Shown: positions 39,293 to 53,603 of the stretch, piece after piece
Layout: every line of letters begins with the position of its first letter
How positions within the stretch are numbered: the first letter of the stretch is position 1
Source of the DNA: the human T2T-CHM13v2.0 reference genome, Homo sapiens
Reading direction: 5' to 3' (one strand)
Assembly (NCBI RefSeq): GCF_009914755.1
Contig: NC_060942.1
DNA: 64,000 nt
Program-made: the position numbers and the translations under genes
Notes under the pieces: generated by a model
The model's input: only the letters and a program-made list of their open reading frames with translations
Database searches by the model: none
What the model was told of the DNA's origin: nothing

Positions 39293-40780
39293 AAGAGCCC
39301 AGTGGAAGGAGAATTTTTTTTTTTTAAGTAGGAGAGATAACAGAATAATTGGAGAAAAAGGAATTGCAAATGAACTCCTTAGAGAAGCAACAAGAGGATC
39401 AAAGCAGCAAAGTATTCAACAGAAACACCAGGGGAACTTCAAAAGTACCAAGTTTAAATCACACCAAAGTTTTTTAGAACATAAAAGCACTCAATTCTAT
39501 TTTCTCAAGCATGTTTACCTCAGATTCCTAAATACATCTCATCCCTTCACAACAAATGATCCCTTCCTCATGTACAGCTACGAAGCACATAAGCACCATA
39601 TTCACCAACTCCTCCCTCCTGGATGACTGTCATTTTACCAAGAAAAACTCCATTTTGATTAAACTTCACTGTATAACCCTGAGCTGATGTAGTTTTGGGT
39701 GTTTGCTTTGTTTTCCCGTCATCAAATCACTGCTGCCCAGAGGAAGGTCATGGATGTCTAAGGCTTGTGTTTACTTTGATTCAGATAATAAATATCTCCA
39801 ACTTAGAGGACTCTTAAAATTTCAGAAGTTTTACAATCATCATCCCATTGAATTCTCAAATCCTCTGTAAATAGGCTGATTTGTATTGTTTCCATCTTGC
39901 CCTCAAGAAATCCAAGGCTTAGTTTAAGTTTATGAAATGCTTAGAAAAATCATTATAGCTGTTTGCAGTTTAGAAAAAAAAAACTGTTAAGAGAAAATGT
40001 GTAGAAAATTTAAGCCAGATACTACAAAGGGGAGGAAGTTCTCCAGCTGTCCAAGGGTGAAATTGACTACAAGAATATATACAGCATTGAAATTTAGTTG
40101 TTCAGTGAGACTATCATTTCAACAAAATAACCTGTCAACCGGAGCCTACCATGAATTCGTTTAACACTGAGGGTCGGCGTAAGCACTTGTTAACAAAACA
40201 GGGAGAGGCTCAGATGGAAATGTTTCCTTGCCCAAGAGGTGACTGAACAGAGCAGAGATGAAAGCAGAGTCCATGTCTGCTGAGAATAGAAATCTCAAAA
40301 TTCTCTAGGGTGGAGTTAAAAGAAGGGCCCATGCTTAATGTGAGTTTCTGTGGTTCCCTCAGAGTCCAAAAGGGCTGCAAACTTTCCCAGCCTTGGTCAT
40401 TAAAAAGTGAAAGAGGACTGAGAGAAAGGAGATGGCCTCGGAGGACAACTCAGCATTGTACAGGGCAATGGGCCTCCCACCTAAGAAGGTGAATGGGCTT
40501 GTGAATGCCTCCCGGTTGTCCCTTTTCTGAGACGGGTGGGTCTTTCAAGTACCCAAGCACTAAGTTAGGGATGGTCAGTTGGAAGTTGGCAAGACACTCA
40601 GCAGCTAGAGTGCTGAGGGCAGCTCAGGAGACAGATGGAGAGCAGGGTGGGGAAAGGCAGTAGGAGGGGACAGCTCCAGCACTACCATTTTAGGAACACA
40701 CGTGCCTTGCTGTGGGTGAAGTGGTCACCACCGAAGTGGCTTAAGCTGTTTGGCCAACACTCCCCAAGAGGACCACCTAC

Positions 40781-41470
40781 TGGCAACTGTCTCTGTAATT
40801 TGTGGGGCACAGTACAAAACAGGAAAATGAGGGGTCCTGGTCAAGGGTGAGAAGTCAGTCTTCCCTTTCCATGGTTTCACCACCCCAGCCTATAGTGGAA
40901 AGGCAAGTCCCAAAGCACTGCAAACTTCCTGCCAGGATGCACTTGGCACCTTGATTGGGGGTGGGCAAGAGGCCTCTGCTGAGTTACCCACCAAAAGGAC
41001 TGTGGCCCTGTCAGCCCAGGGCAGTGACAAGTGCCTCCTTGTTCTGCCTCAGGACACAACTGGACATGCCCCCAACCCAAGCATCCCCACACCCATGTTC
41101 CTGTCTCCATACAGCATTTCTACTACTCTCTCCCCACCCCCAGTCACACCCCAGGCAGAAAGCAACAACAGTTTCACGGCAAGGACAGAGATGGGGAGGC
41201 CTGGGGGACCAGGACATGAAGGAGAGGGAAAAGGCAACCAAGAACCTGTGTGGGGGAGGAAAGGGGCAGCAGGATGTGGGTTTGTTCAGGGGCCAAGGCT
41301 CTGAGCCCCTTGTTCATGTTCCATTTACCCATCAGACTTTAGTTCCGCAACAAAAATTCAAAGATAAAACAAAGAAGTTCAACATGGCACCTTCCAAGAA
41401 TTAAATACCAAATGTGGAGCCCTCCTGAGTACAGGCTCTATACAACTACCCTGGTCACATGTCCAGGGAG
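40781..41470 (-). mobile_element. MER45-family hAT-Tip100 DNA transposon (MER45B/C-like)
   Basis: Ends match the reverse of recalled MER45: TAATTTGTGGGGCACAGTACAAAA...GAAAATGAGGGG and TTCAACATGGC...ATTAAATACCAAATGTGGAGCCCTCCTGAG. Confidence 0.65.
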
Positions 41471-42907
41471 CAGAACTTCTTGCTGGGCAAGAGGAACCCA
41501 GCAGCAACAGGCCGCAAGGTAGATTGTCCATGCTGGGGACTGGGAGTCAGGGAGGAAGGAGTAAGCTCCACTCAGAAATTTCTGAGAAACTTTATACAAG
41601 GAAGATGCCTTGAGGGCCCTCAAGGAGCAAAGGATATCCCCGAGAATGCCACTATGTGGCTGCTTGTCCTTCCAAGGGGATTGATAGATGGACAACTAGC
41701 AGAGATGAAGCCACAGGCAACAAGTGGGAGAAGTCAATTTGCTACCTCCAATCTGAAACTGATCACATTATGAAACAGTCATTCCAGACACCACATGGAG
41801 GACAGCTAGTTCTCCACCTGAGCTTGTACAAGATTGTTCCTTCCTTTTGGCACCTCAACACCCTGACAAGAGGCAACAGCATAGGGAATGGAGATTGTGA
41901 AAGTGTAACCTACACCCCAGACACACTCCTGGTTTCCAAACAGAAATGCAATCCTTGCTGGGTTTGTAGGGAAGTAGGAAAAAAGTAGGAAGCCCTGAAA
42001 TGAAATATGGCTGAGGTTATAAAGACAACATGAAAAGTTAAGAACTGAAAATAAGACTATATTTCTAAAGTGACTGAAAAATTAAGAAATCAACACCAAA
42101 TGTCATTAAAGGAGTCAGCTTCCCAGCAGGAACGAAATTCTGATACAATCCAGTAATGGAAAAATAACGTCATGCATGTTTATATCTGACAAGTCAAAAC
42201 TGCTCAATCAAAATGGTTACACTCAGTGTAATCTCAGTGATTGCTCCAAAAAAAAGGAAGATATTTTGCCCTTATTTCTGAGAGTTTTAAAAAGCAGTTT
42301 CCCTGCATATAAATTACTGTTCTCCTCCTTGAGGCTTCAGGACATGCACCCATCATTCCCAGCCAAAATATAGATGACCTGTGTCTCATAAAATATGAAT
42401 ACTTAGGCAATTTGCAAATGACTTCCTGTTACCAATTTTTGCAACAACTTTAGAAGTTTCCTAATTATTTGTTTAAATTAATTCTAAGGCAAACTGTGCC
42501 CTCATTCAGAATATGATTTAATTAGATGCTCTTATACCAGGCTTAGTGAGAAATGTATATTACAAGTAGACTAACTTTCAGGTAGATTGGTTCCTGGAGG
42601 AATATCTGTGTAAATTACATCAAGGTTATGCCTTGGCAAGAGCATACTATTATGCCTGCTTGACCAATCAGTTCTGTGCAATAAACTGTGAATCCACTTA
42701 ATATACTGAATGTACCAGTTGTCATGATAAATTGACTGGATAAAGAGTAGTTTCTATATCATGTAAACAAAGTGGAAAGCCATACCTTATACTTTGGTTT
42801 TGGAGAAAATACAAATTCTTGAGCCTGGTCTGAAACCTATTTGGTCTTTCTCAAAGCTATTCTTGCATTACAATTACAACCAGATCGCTCTTTTGGATGC
42901 ATGTAAC

Positions 42908-43122
42908 CAGGGGTTAGCAAAGTACAGACTACAGGTTAAATCCTGCCCCCTGCATTGTTTTTGTAAATACCTATTCATTGAAACAGTCACATCCATTTAT
43001 CACATATTGTCTACAGCTACTTTTGCACTTTGACGGCAGGGTTGAGTAGTTGCAGAGACCATCTGGCCCTCAACTCCTAAGATGGTAACTACTGATCTTT
43101 TACAGAAAAAAGTTGGCTTCAC
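42908..43122 (+). mobile_element. MER58A (hAT-Charlie)
   Basis: CAGGGGTTAGCAAA...TGTTTTTGTAAATA...GTTGAGTAGTTGCAGAGACCA...TTTACAGAAAAAAGTTG. Confidence 0.8.
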
Positions 43123-43539
43123 TGGTAGCAGTCCAGGTCCATATCTCCCTCCCATTGCCTCTACAACAGAGGAATGGTTATTTCTGAAATCCTTTTGTTC
43201 TATCCTTCAGCTTCATTTTACAATGTCTGATCCTCTGCCATAAATCAAGAGATGCATCACTTTAGAGTAATGAAAATAATAGTCATTGCTTTATAATTGT
43301 ACTAAAATTGTCCATATGCTTGCTGTTCTAGTTTCTACTAACTGGGATTTTACAAAGTCACCTTCCATCTTTCAGCCTCAGTTCCCAAATAAAGAATTTG
43401 GACTAGACAATGTCTAAAATTCCTCTTAGCTTCAATATGATGAAATGACTATGCTACAAAGAGAATGTTTTCATTTTAAGAAAATGTAGTTTAACCACCA
43501 AGGGTCATAGGAATTTTTCTGGAAGCCCACTTTTATAAC

Positions 43540-44082
43540 AGACATTATTGGCTGCTTACATAGTATTCATCCCATCCAATCTCCTTCCTAACCAAGTTCT
43601 GCCCCATGTCAGCCCCTCCTTCCCTTGGCCCTATGCTTTGAGAGAAACTAACCCAGGAATAGTCCAGGGACTAGACCTGACTTTGTAAGTCAGTCATAGT
43701 AAGTACCTTACCCCTTGCCAGTTTTCTGTTTTGGACATGTCACAAATTCCAGCCAATGAGATGTATGAGAAAGTTGGCTGTGGTAGGGGAAGGAAGGGCG
43801 CACTTCAAGGAAAAACTTTTAATTGAGAAAAGAGACAAAATCTGTACTTTTTCTAGCAATTACCTAAATATATTGCTGGAACTCCCGCTGCTATTTTGTT
43901 ACAAGTCTGAGGATAAAGTCACCCCAAGAGAAGGGCAGAGGAGCAGAGCAGGCTCAGAAGTACATCTGAAGCCCATTTTACCTCTGGGTTTGTTTTTTTT
44001 TTTCATTATTAGACAAAATAAATTCTGTTACTGTTTAGGCCAATTTTATTACTGCTAACTACTGGCAAAAATCCAACTAATA
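43540..44082 (+). mobile_element. Old MLT1 (H/I-like) LTR
   Basis: AATTCCAGCCAATGAGATGT...GCTGCTATTTTGTTAC...AAATAAATTC...CCAACTAATA. Confidence 0.5.
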
Positions 44083-44305
44083 TCCTAGTGGAATATGGAG
44101 CCAGGTTAAATGCTGCTTTCGTGGGGCTAAAGACAACTAGAATTATGAGAAATTACTTTCAAAGATAATAGTAACTAAATAGCAACACTGTTTTCCTAAA
44201 ATAAACTTATCTCCCATTATTACATGGCTACCAATATCTAGTGGATACCAAGTGTCTAGCTTGGGTCATTTCAGTCAAAAGCAATTTGCAAGCATTCTTA
44301 TAATA

Positions 44306-44657
44306 TGCTATGGTCTGAATGTGTTTCCCCCAAAACTTGTATTTTGAAACCTGATCACCAGTATGATACTGTTAAGAGTTTGGCTTCTGGGAGGTGATTA
44401 GGTCACTCTTGATTCATGAATCCTCATGAATAGGATTAGTGCCTTTATTAAAGAGGCCCCTGAGAGCTGCCTTGCCCCGTCCACCATGGCAGGACAGCTA
44501 GAAGACAACATCTATGAACCAGAAAGCAGGCCCTCAGACGTGGAATCTGCCAGCACTTTGACCTTGGACTTCAGTCTCTAGAGCTGTGAGAAATAAATTT
44601 CTGTTTAAGCCACCTAGCTTATGGTATTTAGTATAGCAACTTAAATGGACTTAGGCA
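44306..44657 (+). mobile_element. MLT1A/MSTD-like LTR
   Basis: TGCTATGGTCTGAATGTGT...GGGAGGTGATTAGGTCA...CTGTGAGAAATAAATTTCTG...GGACTTAGGCA. Confidence 0.87.
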
Positions 44658-45689
44658 AAATAACAAAAATAGCTTCAAGAACATTATTTTTGTCAGTAGT
44701 TATTTTAATATGATGACCATATGTAACATACTTCTTAAGTTTTGAATAAAAGGTAATCCCTACATTTTCTTATACTTAGGTCCTCAGTACTGAGAATCCT
44801 TCATCTGATGACATTTCTAAGACTCCAAGCAAGAGAAAGAAGAAAAGATTATCAACATATGGCTAAGAAACAGTAGTGCCCAAGTGGTCAAACTCAATGT
44901 TAAACATCTCAGAACCAAGGACTCCCACTGTCTTGGGGGGAAGTGTAAGAGGAATCCCTGTCCAATCCCTTCTTCAGCTAGAACAGGTTGTTCCATTTTC
45001 TCTATCTAGGTGCTTCCCATTAAAGGAGCTCACTTCTTCCCAAAGCAAAACACACCACAGCTAAAATAACTTTAGAATGTTTTTAAATATCTAACAAATT
45101 CCAAATGGAGGACATTTCCATCAACACTCCTCCCATACCCCTCAATTGCCCAAGGACAATTCACCATTTTAATTACAACTGGGCAGAGGTAGAGTTGAGA
45201 AAGATACTACCACATTCAAAGCACACACATAATATGTACCACTTCACTGAATAAGCTCAAATTCCCAAACCATTTTACTGAAAAGCCCACTTCACAGAAA
45301 GTAATCATAAATCAACTTTTTATCCTTCTCTGTTCCTTAAAACATACCCAGTGGGACCACTTATTCTCCTGCACTAAAGACAAAAGTTGACTCCGTGAAG
45401 TCTCTGGTTATTCTTGTCATAAAGAGTCCAACTGTCATTTTAAGTCATAAAAGACAGTTTTGATTTGGTAACGGAAGTCTTCAGTGCCATATTATAATCC
45501 AAACTTGGTCTTGATATCAAGTTGAAACTTCTTACCCCCTTTATGTCTGCTGCAAATGGAAAGCAGAGTGGGAGAAGGGTATGGTTTCCCAGCCTAGGTT
45601 TCCATGTCCTACCCCTCAGCTCCACAACTACAACTTGTAGTTTCTAATTCCCCCAGAGTTAGAGGGGAAGGAGGGAAGGAAAGGGAGCG

Positions 45690-45699
45690 GGAAAGTCCC
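45690..45699 (-). promoter_or_regulatory. Canonical NF-kB site GGGACTTTCC
   Basis: Plus strand reads GGAAAGTCCC, an exact match to the Ig-kappa kB element; function not shown. Confidence 0.35.
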
Positions 45700-46018
45700 G
45701 GCATGACTGATGCTGTCATGAGCTGGTGTCAGCACTGTTCAATGCCAGCTGGCAGGACACATGTTAGATCTACAAGTGGTTTCCTTAGAATTGAGGGTTG
45801 GGGGGAGGGGATGGGGTGGAATGGTCTCCTTTGACTTGAGAAAACAGAGGAAGCACAACTTGTACCTCCACATAGATTTTATTTTGACTTATTCTCCCCA
45901 TGAGGTCACATCAACAGCTCTCTGACATTATCCTTTGAAAGTCATTCCCAAATATCTAATCCCTGCCCTTTTATTATACCCTCTGTGAGCAGTGTTGTTG
46001 ATAGTCATGATTTCTTTG

Positions 46019-46770
46019 CCTCACACCCATTAGGTTGGCTATCATCAAAAAAAAAAAAAACAAAAAACAAAACAGAAAACAAAAAGTGTTGCTGAGCACA
46101 GAGAAATTGAAACCCTTTGTGCATTTGGGTACAGATGTAAAGTAACGTAGCCATTTTGGAAGACAATATGGAGGTTCCTCAAAAAATTAAAGATGGATGA
46201 TCCAGCAATTCCACTCCTAGATATATACTCAAAAGAAGTGAAAGCACAAGCTCAAACAGATATTTACACTTCCATGTTTAATAGCAGCATTATTCACAGC
46301 TACCAGAAGGTAGAAGCCACCCAAGCATCCATTGACAGAAGAATGAACAAGATGTGGGGTATATGTACACAATGGATTATTCAGTCTTAAAAAGGAAAAA
46401 AGTTCTGAACATGCTACAGCATGGATGGACCTTGAAAATATTTTGCTAAATCAGCCAGACACCAAAGGGCAAATACTGTACAATTCCACTTATGTGAGGT
46501 ACTTAGAGTAGTCAAATTCCCAAAGGCCAAAAATAGAATGGCAGTTGCCAGGAGCTGGCAGGAGGAGGGGAATGAGGAATTAGTGTTTAATGGGCACAGA
46601 GTCTCAGTTTGGGAAGGTGAAAAAGTTCTGACAATGGATTGTGGTGATGGTTGCACAATAATGCAAATGTACTTGATACTACTATACTTAATACTACTGA
46701 ATTGTATGCTTAAAATTGTTAAGATAGTAAATTGTTATGTTATTTTACAATTAAAAATAAGAAATTAAAA
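46019..46770 (+). mobile_element. L1MB-type ORF2 end and 3' UTR
   Basis: TCACACCCATTAGGTTGGCTA...GATCCAGCAATTCCACTCCTAG...ATTCCACTTATGTGAGGTACTTAGAGTAGTCAAATTC...GGATTGTGGTGATGGTTGCACA. Confidence 0.88.
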
Positions 46771-48110
46771 GTCCTGCTACCATCTTTGAAAATATCATTT
46801 CTATCATAGTCACAGCTAAAACCTCCATGTTAACATCCTACCATATATTCAACCACAGGTATATTCTGTCTTCAGAAATATTAAGATATGAAAACATGAT
46901 TTGTCTTACAATCAGCAATATTCAATATTTTCAGGAAAATAAGCCACAACTCTAGAAAAGTTACTAAAGCTTAGTGGCCAGTTTACTCCTGAGATTATTA
47001 CCTCATAATTGTTTTAGCAGAGTATAAGACACTTTTCCTTGAATGCATTTTCCAAGCTCCAATTCTCACCAGGCTGATTTATAAAATTAACTTGTCTCTC
47101 TGGAGCCACTTCTGAATTAAAATTAATGTTGCAAGTCTTTTAGACCCATACCCAATCACTCGTACACACAAAAGAGAGGAGTTTTATGCTATAGAAATAT
47201 TCCATACTTAGAATTTAAAAATAGCATTACCACAAATTTTCCAATTACAGAAAACTCACCATGAGAAAAAAAAGAATAATTGGATGCTTATCCTGAAACA
47301 ATCTTTTGGGCTGGTTTAAGAAAAAAAAAAAAAGTCATCGAGTTTCATTATTTTCACCCTTGTCTCAAAATATAATAGGAGGTGCCGATTCAACATAAGA
47401 AAATCCTCAAGAGGAAAATGGTAAGTCATTCATATTATGACAAGGAAAGATTTACAGTTGTAATAGACAAAGCATAAATTTAGCAAGCGAAAGGTTAAAA
47501 CAGTATTATGAAGTCTGGTTAGCATTAAACCCTGAGCTCTACTACAAAGGTGTTGAAATTGACTATAGAGATCCAAAAATGGGTTAGCCACAACAGGAAA
47601 AATACTAGTTTTGCATCATACCTAAAGCAGGCAAACACTAATCAGTATACATTACCAAGCTGTGCATAGTCTGCAGTCCTCTGCACAAAGAGAGTGTAAT
47701 GGGAAATTAAGAATCCCTCTACTGCAGCTTAGTGGTTATGGAAGCCAAGTTCATTTTGTGAAACCCACTCAGTTCAAATTTCAGCTCTGCCCCTTATTAG
47801 TTCTAAAACCTTTAATGAAATTCTTAATCCTTATGTCTCTTTGTCTACAAAGTGGAAATTAAAATAGCAATTAATATAGAAGATGGGAAATTTCAAGGAA
47901 ATTAGGTAGCTAAAATACTAAGCATATTAGCACTTTCCAGTTAATGTTATTTTTTAATGTAACAGAAAAATAAGCTTTTCTTCAATAACAGAAGTTTTGG
48001 GAGAAATTTAAAAGTAACTTATATAGGTATTTTTACTCAGATTTCATTTTTCTTGCCTATATAAATCCCAGAGCAATCTCAAGTTAATTAACAGGTTGCT
48101 AGTGAATCTA

Positions 48111-48300
48111 CAGCTGTGGTTCTTAAACTTGGGTTGCATCAGAATCACCAGGAGAGACTGTTAAAACACAGATTGCTGGGCCTCACCCCCAGAGTTTCTG
48201 TTTTAGTAGGTCTGGAGTATGCCTGAGGATTTGTATCTCAAAAAAGTTCCCAGGAGACCCTGATGCTACCAGTCTGGTAGCCACATTTGACGAACCACTG
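48111..48300 (+). mobile_element. MER5A (hAT-Charlie)
   Basis: GTGGTTCTTAAACTT...CATCAGAATCACC...CAGATTGCTGGGCCTCACCCCCAGAGTTTCTG...GAACCACTG terminal repeat. Confidence 0.9.
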
Positions 48301-49763
48301 ATTTACGATACTTGACCTGCCCCCACCTTATGACCACAATCTTCCTTTTCAGAGCTTTACTCCTAACATTCTTCCTAATCCAAGAACTAGCCATGCATGC
48401 CTCATTCCAAAGCCTAGCTGTCACTCTGTTCTGATGGCTGACTGACAACATGTTGTCTCCAACAGTACTAGCTAATGAAAGGCCAACAACCTTAGACTCC
48501 ACCTTAACTGGGCCCTGATCCCGGGGAAGCCAGAGCCCATGGGTCCATTTGGAAGTGGTCACACTAAGTCCTATGCCTGTTGTGCAGGTGCCCTCAAATG
48601 TAAACAGCCTTCACATGCCTGGGAACTGACTAAGGGAGCAAACCCTTTCTGCCTTCTTTCTGCCTAGGTCTCTGGTACCTTATTCCAACCTAGAGGGTCT
48701 CCAATATCTGGGGACCTGCAGTGAAGTCATCTAGTAGATTAACAGAACCTGATTTTCTAGCATTCCTATCCAAGTTGCTCTAGGTGTTTTTATTTACAAC
48801 GAGATCACAATAGCATATTTTACATGCAGATTAATAAAACTTTATTAAATGATATGTGGTTAGAGATATAATCTTAAGAATAATCTTGAAAACTAACTTC
48901 CCCCACATATACAACATAGGATAGACATGACTCCTCATGATCTGGGTACAGACATTCCTTACAGAAATTCCCTGACCCCAAAATAGATACTAGATTGCTT
49001 TTCCATCTACCATGGCTTTGATAAAAACGTTGACTTCTCCTTAAATACATTTCCTAACTTATGAGAAATCAGAGTAGCAGCTTACTACAACATTTTGCCA
49101 ATTCCAACTTCTGCATGACTACAATAAAATTTAGGTACAAGCAGCATTTTAGTTGCCTAGCACAAGCAGATTTTCTGTAGAAAATCTTCTTATTGGAAAT
49201 TCCCAATTTCCGTCATTGCCTGCTTTACAAAACCTTCCCACCAACAACATTAGATGTACTGAGGAACCGGATTTGACATCCCCAAGACTAGAATAGAATT
49301 CAGTTTCAGGTGTCTCTATGGTGCCTGACCCAGAATTATCTGATTAATCATCTCACACTGAGAGCCTCTTAGCCCAATACATTTGGCCCTATAACCCACT
49401 TTTTGCTCAGATTGAGCCTCTAAGCCTTTTGACATTGAAATTTGTCTGAATTTGTCTTGAGTTTGCCACCCACTGCTGGATTGTACATCGAGTCAGTAGG
49501 CTTCCAGCACTCTTGTCAGTGTCCTCTCAGCTGCACACTGATAGAAACTTGGACCCCTCTCTTCAGTAAGAGCCCCACTAACTATAATGGCAATGCTGGG
49601 TTGATGTAAACATTCATGTAAAACTGATGCTACACAAATCCCTTCCAGCAATCAGTTTCATAAAACAGCATCCAGAGCTTATCCCTACCCTGACTCTACC
49701 AGCACTGAAAGTTTTCAAATTATAGTTGAATTACCATTTCCAAAGGATTACATCAATAAGCTA

Positions 49764-49800
49764 ACACACACACACACACACACACACTCTCTCTCTCTCT
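49764..49800. repeat. (CA)n(CT)n microsatellite
   Basis: Directly visible. Confidence 0.95.
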
Positions 49801-51535
49801 GCTTCTCTCCAATTGCCCTTTCATCCATGCCATAGAATTTCAGACCTCCAGTTTATTTTCAGAGCAGCCAGTCAACAGATCCTGTCTAAAGTCAATAGAA
49901 ATACAAGCATACTATTTAAAATCACAATAATAACCAACAAAGAACAAAACAAAAACCTATTCAAAGTGTTCACTTCTAGAAAATTCGATTTTAGAAATGA
50001 AAAGTGTGAATGGCTCAGAAGAAATGCTTTGCTTTATATTTTATACCTGTCTGTACTATGCACGTTCCTTGATCTATGCATATGATTCCTATAACTGTAA
50101 GAAGCAAGTAAAAAATGAGTAAACAACATCCTCATCAATAAGATTAGCTAAACAAAGCATATGCATACAGTGGAACATTATGTAGATACAAAAAAAAGCA
50201 CAATATTTAGTGATATAAAAAGATAACCTTAGAATGCCAGTTTTTTTAAGTTGCAAAGGAGTATAGTCTGATTCAACTGAAGAGAAATTACACACATGCA
50301 CACATACCACAGACCTGTATAAACAGAGATATCATGGAAATATACCAAACTGTTGGGACTTGGAGAAATGGGGAGAGAGGGTCTTTCACTTTTTATTTTC
50401 TATGCTTTTGTAATTTATGAGCTTTATACAGTGAGCATACAGTGTCTTTGCAGTTTAAGATTCTTTAAAATACACACACACACACACACACAGAGGTGTG
50501 CTTCAGACCCAGAAAATATGAAGCAAAGAGCTTACATCATATTTGTAAATTCTTAGAACCTTGATAGAGAAAGAATTTTAAGAGGCCCAGAAAGAATCGA
50601 TGCCTTTCGCAGAGTCACACTGCTGGAAAGTGTCAGAACCAGGTTTAGATCACAGGCATACTGCAGGAGGAGGCAGAAAACGCTTTCAGAACTTCAAGTT
50701 CTAACAAATAAATCAATCATTGTGCCTTCTCCCTACTTCACTTAATACTTTAATATAAATAGGTAGGAGCAAGGTAAATATTCTGTCCATTTTACAGATG
50801 AGTAAACGAATGTCCAAAAGGACAGATTCCCCTGAAGCCATGTAGCTATCCAGCAGCAGAACCAACTGTAACTAAGACCAGCACACTCCTGGTCAAAGCT
50901 TATTCAACTACAGTACAAAATTAAAGCACTTCAAAAACAGGACATTATCCTACGCTAGCTTTATCTTTTCCTCAAAAAAGTTAATGAACCTTGAAGGAGA
51001 GATTCTACACAAGGCATTGGGAATTAGAAAAAGAAGAGTTATTTATAGGTTATAAGGCAAGAAGAGGAAAAGAATGCTTATTAAGCCTTGATTTGCTCAC
51101 AAGTCTCATTATAACAGCTCTGTATCACTAACCATGTCAAAGACAGCAATTTGTCATCCAAAGAAGTCTGATTAAATAATAAGACTAAGGCCCCATTACA
51201 CACAGAGGCCACCAGGTTACTTTACAAGCAGCCTTCAAAGACAGTTTGACCTCACAAGGTCTCAAGGAAAAGAGAAGTGGTTCCTACAGCTTAGCAAAGT
51301 CATTTAGTGGCTATTTCTATCAATCAGGCCTTCCTCCAAAGGCAAGAGGACAAGTAAATTTATCATTTTCCTGCCTCTCATGTTAAAGTAGAGAAACATG
51401 ACACCTTGGCAAGGTGCTGATTGCCATTTTCTCATGTGAAGTAGCAGAGAACAGCTGGGAAACCAGCAAACTCTCAGAGCTGTTACTCTAATCAGGGGAG
51501 AAAATTTTCACAGAGAAGTTCCCCACACCCCATTC

Positions 51536-52348
51536 TTTTATTTTACTTTAAGTTCTGGGATACATCTGCAGAACGTGCAGGTTTGTTACATAGGTATACA
51601 TGTGCCATTGTAGTTTGCTGCACCTATCAACCCATCATCTAGGCTTTAAGCCCCGCATGTTTTAGACATTTGTCCTAATGCTCTCCCTCCCTTTGCCCCT
51701 CACCCTGCCATGAGGCCCCAGTGTGTGATGTTCCCCTCCCTATGTCCATGTGTTCTCATTGTTCAACTCCTACTTATGAGAACACGCGGTGTTTGGTTTT
51801 CTGTCCCTGTGTTAGTTTGCTGAGAATGATGGCTTCCAGGTTCATCATGTCCCTGCAAAGACATGAACTCATTCTTTTTATGGCTGCATAGTATCCCATG
51901 GTATATATGTGCCACATATTCTTTATCCAGTCTGTCATTGATGGGCATGTGAATTGGTTCCAAGTCTTTGCTATTGTGAATAATGCAGCAGTAAACATAC
52001 AGGTGCATGTATCTTTATCACAGAATGATTTATAATCCTTTGGGTATATACCCAGTAATGCGATTGCTGGGTTAAATGGTATTTCTGGTTCTAATCCTTG
52101 AGGAATCACCACTCTGTCTTCCACAATGGTTGAACTAGTTTACACTCTCATCAACAGTGTAAAAGTGTTCCTATTTCTCCACACCCTCGCCAGCATCAGT
52201 TGTTTCCTGACTCTTACAATAATCGTTATTCTAACTCCTGTGACATGGTACCTCATCGTGGTTTTGACTTGCATTTCTCTAATGACTGGTGATGATGAGC
52301 TTTTTTTCCATGTTTCTTGGCCACATAAATGTCTTCTTTTGAGAAGTG
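51536..52348 (-). mobile_element. 5'-truncated L1PA (L1PA8-10-like)
   Basis: TTTAAGTTCTGGGATACAT...GTGCAGGTTTGTTACATAGG. ORF 51774-52124 (EIPFNPAIALLGIYPKDYKSF..KDTCTCMFTAALFTIAKTWNQ) is the L1 ORF2p C-terminus. Confidence 0.93.
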
Positions 52349-52397
52349 AACACAGAAGTTTTCTATATACTTTTTCACTCTCAATATGGACATAAAT

Positions 52398-52660
52398 GGC
52401 CAGGTGTAGTGGCTCATGCCTGTAATCCCAGCACTTTGGGAGGCTGAGGCAGGCAGATCACCTGAGGTCAAGAGTTCAAGACCAGCCTGACCAACATGGT
52501 GAAACCCCATCTCTACTAAAAGAAAAATACAAAATTAGCCGAGTATCGTGGCTGGCACCTGTAATCCCAGCTACTCAGGAGGCAGAGGTTGCTGTGAGCC
52601 GAGGTAGCGCCATTGCACTCCAGCCTGGGCTACTAGATTGAAACTCCATCTCAAAAAAAT

Positions 52661-52692
<32 letters not shown>
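52398..52692 (+). mobile_element. AluS with a right-arm deletion; (TAAA)n(TA)n(CA)n tail extends to ~52731
   Basis: CTACTCAGGAGGCAGAGGTTGC skips the CTGAGGCAGGAGAATCGCTTGAACCCGG segment. Confidence 0.93.
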
Positions 52693-52731
<39 letters not shown>

Positions 52732-52745
52732 TAAGTTTGTGTGTT

Positions 52746-53100
52746 ATTTTTTAATTAAGACTGTTTTTTACAGCAGTTTTAGGTTCACAGCAAGATTGAG
52801 CAGAAGATACAGAGAGTTCCAACATACTCCTTCCCTAATCCCCCATACACACAGCCTCCTCCACCAACATCTCCCACAGCGGTATATTTGGTACAAGAGG
52901 TAAACCAACATTTAATGCATAATCAACAAAACCTATAGTTTACCTCAAGGTTCAGTCTTTGTGTTGTATATTCTATGGGTTTTGATAAATGTATAATGAC
53001 AAGTATTCACAATTATAGTATCATACAAAATAGTTTCACTGCCCTAAAAATCTTCTGTGCTCTACCTATTTATCCCTTTCCCCCAGCCAATTCCTGAAAA
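52746..53100 (-). mobile_element. L1MC1/2-like 3' end
   Basis: CAGCAGTTTTAGGTTCACAGCAAGATTGAGCAGAAGATACAGAGAGTTCC...AGTTTCACTGCCCTAAAAATC. Confidence 0.85.
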
Positions 53101-53603
53101 CCACAGAAGATTATGTTTTTATACTGTAAATCCTAATGGGAGAACTTCTTATAACCTGCCAGTACTCAGCATGACCATAATTTTGAACCAGAAGCCAGGC
53201 TGCCAAACAGTATTTATGGGAATCAATAGACAAAAATTCAGGGCTGTTCCAGAAACTCCAGGACATGTGACTATCACACTGCTAGCAACATGAGCAGGTG
53301 AGGAGGGACACCAGAAAGCAAGGCAAAGGCAGGGCTGGAAACAGCAAGGGTGCCCTTGGTCACCATCATATGGGTGGAGTGTCTTTTCTCCTTGAACTCA
53401 TAGCCATGTGGAAATTCATGACTCATCTTGCTTTGAGCTTCTCAAAGAAGGTTTCGTCTCCACCTGCCACCCCTACAAGTCTCCAGCAAGCCTGGGACAC
53501 CATCACCCTCCCCTCCCCCACACACACACATGCACACGCACACTCTATAGGGCCCATTTGTTCATGCTCAGGGCCATAGAACTTCAGAGTTGAAACTCAA
53601 GGC

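Noticed and set aside
40635-41988. Cluster of overlapping ORFs in a GC-richer zone
   Set aside because: Largely overlaps a MER45-like transposon; higher GC explains the low stop density; no homology recognised.
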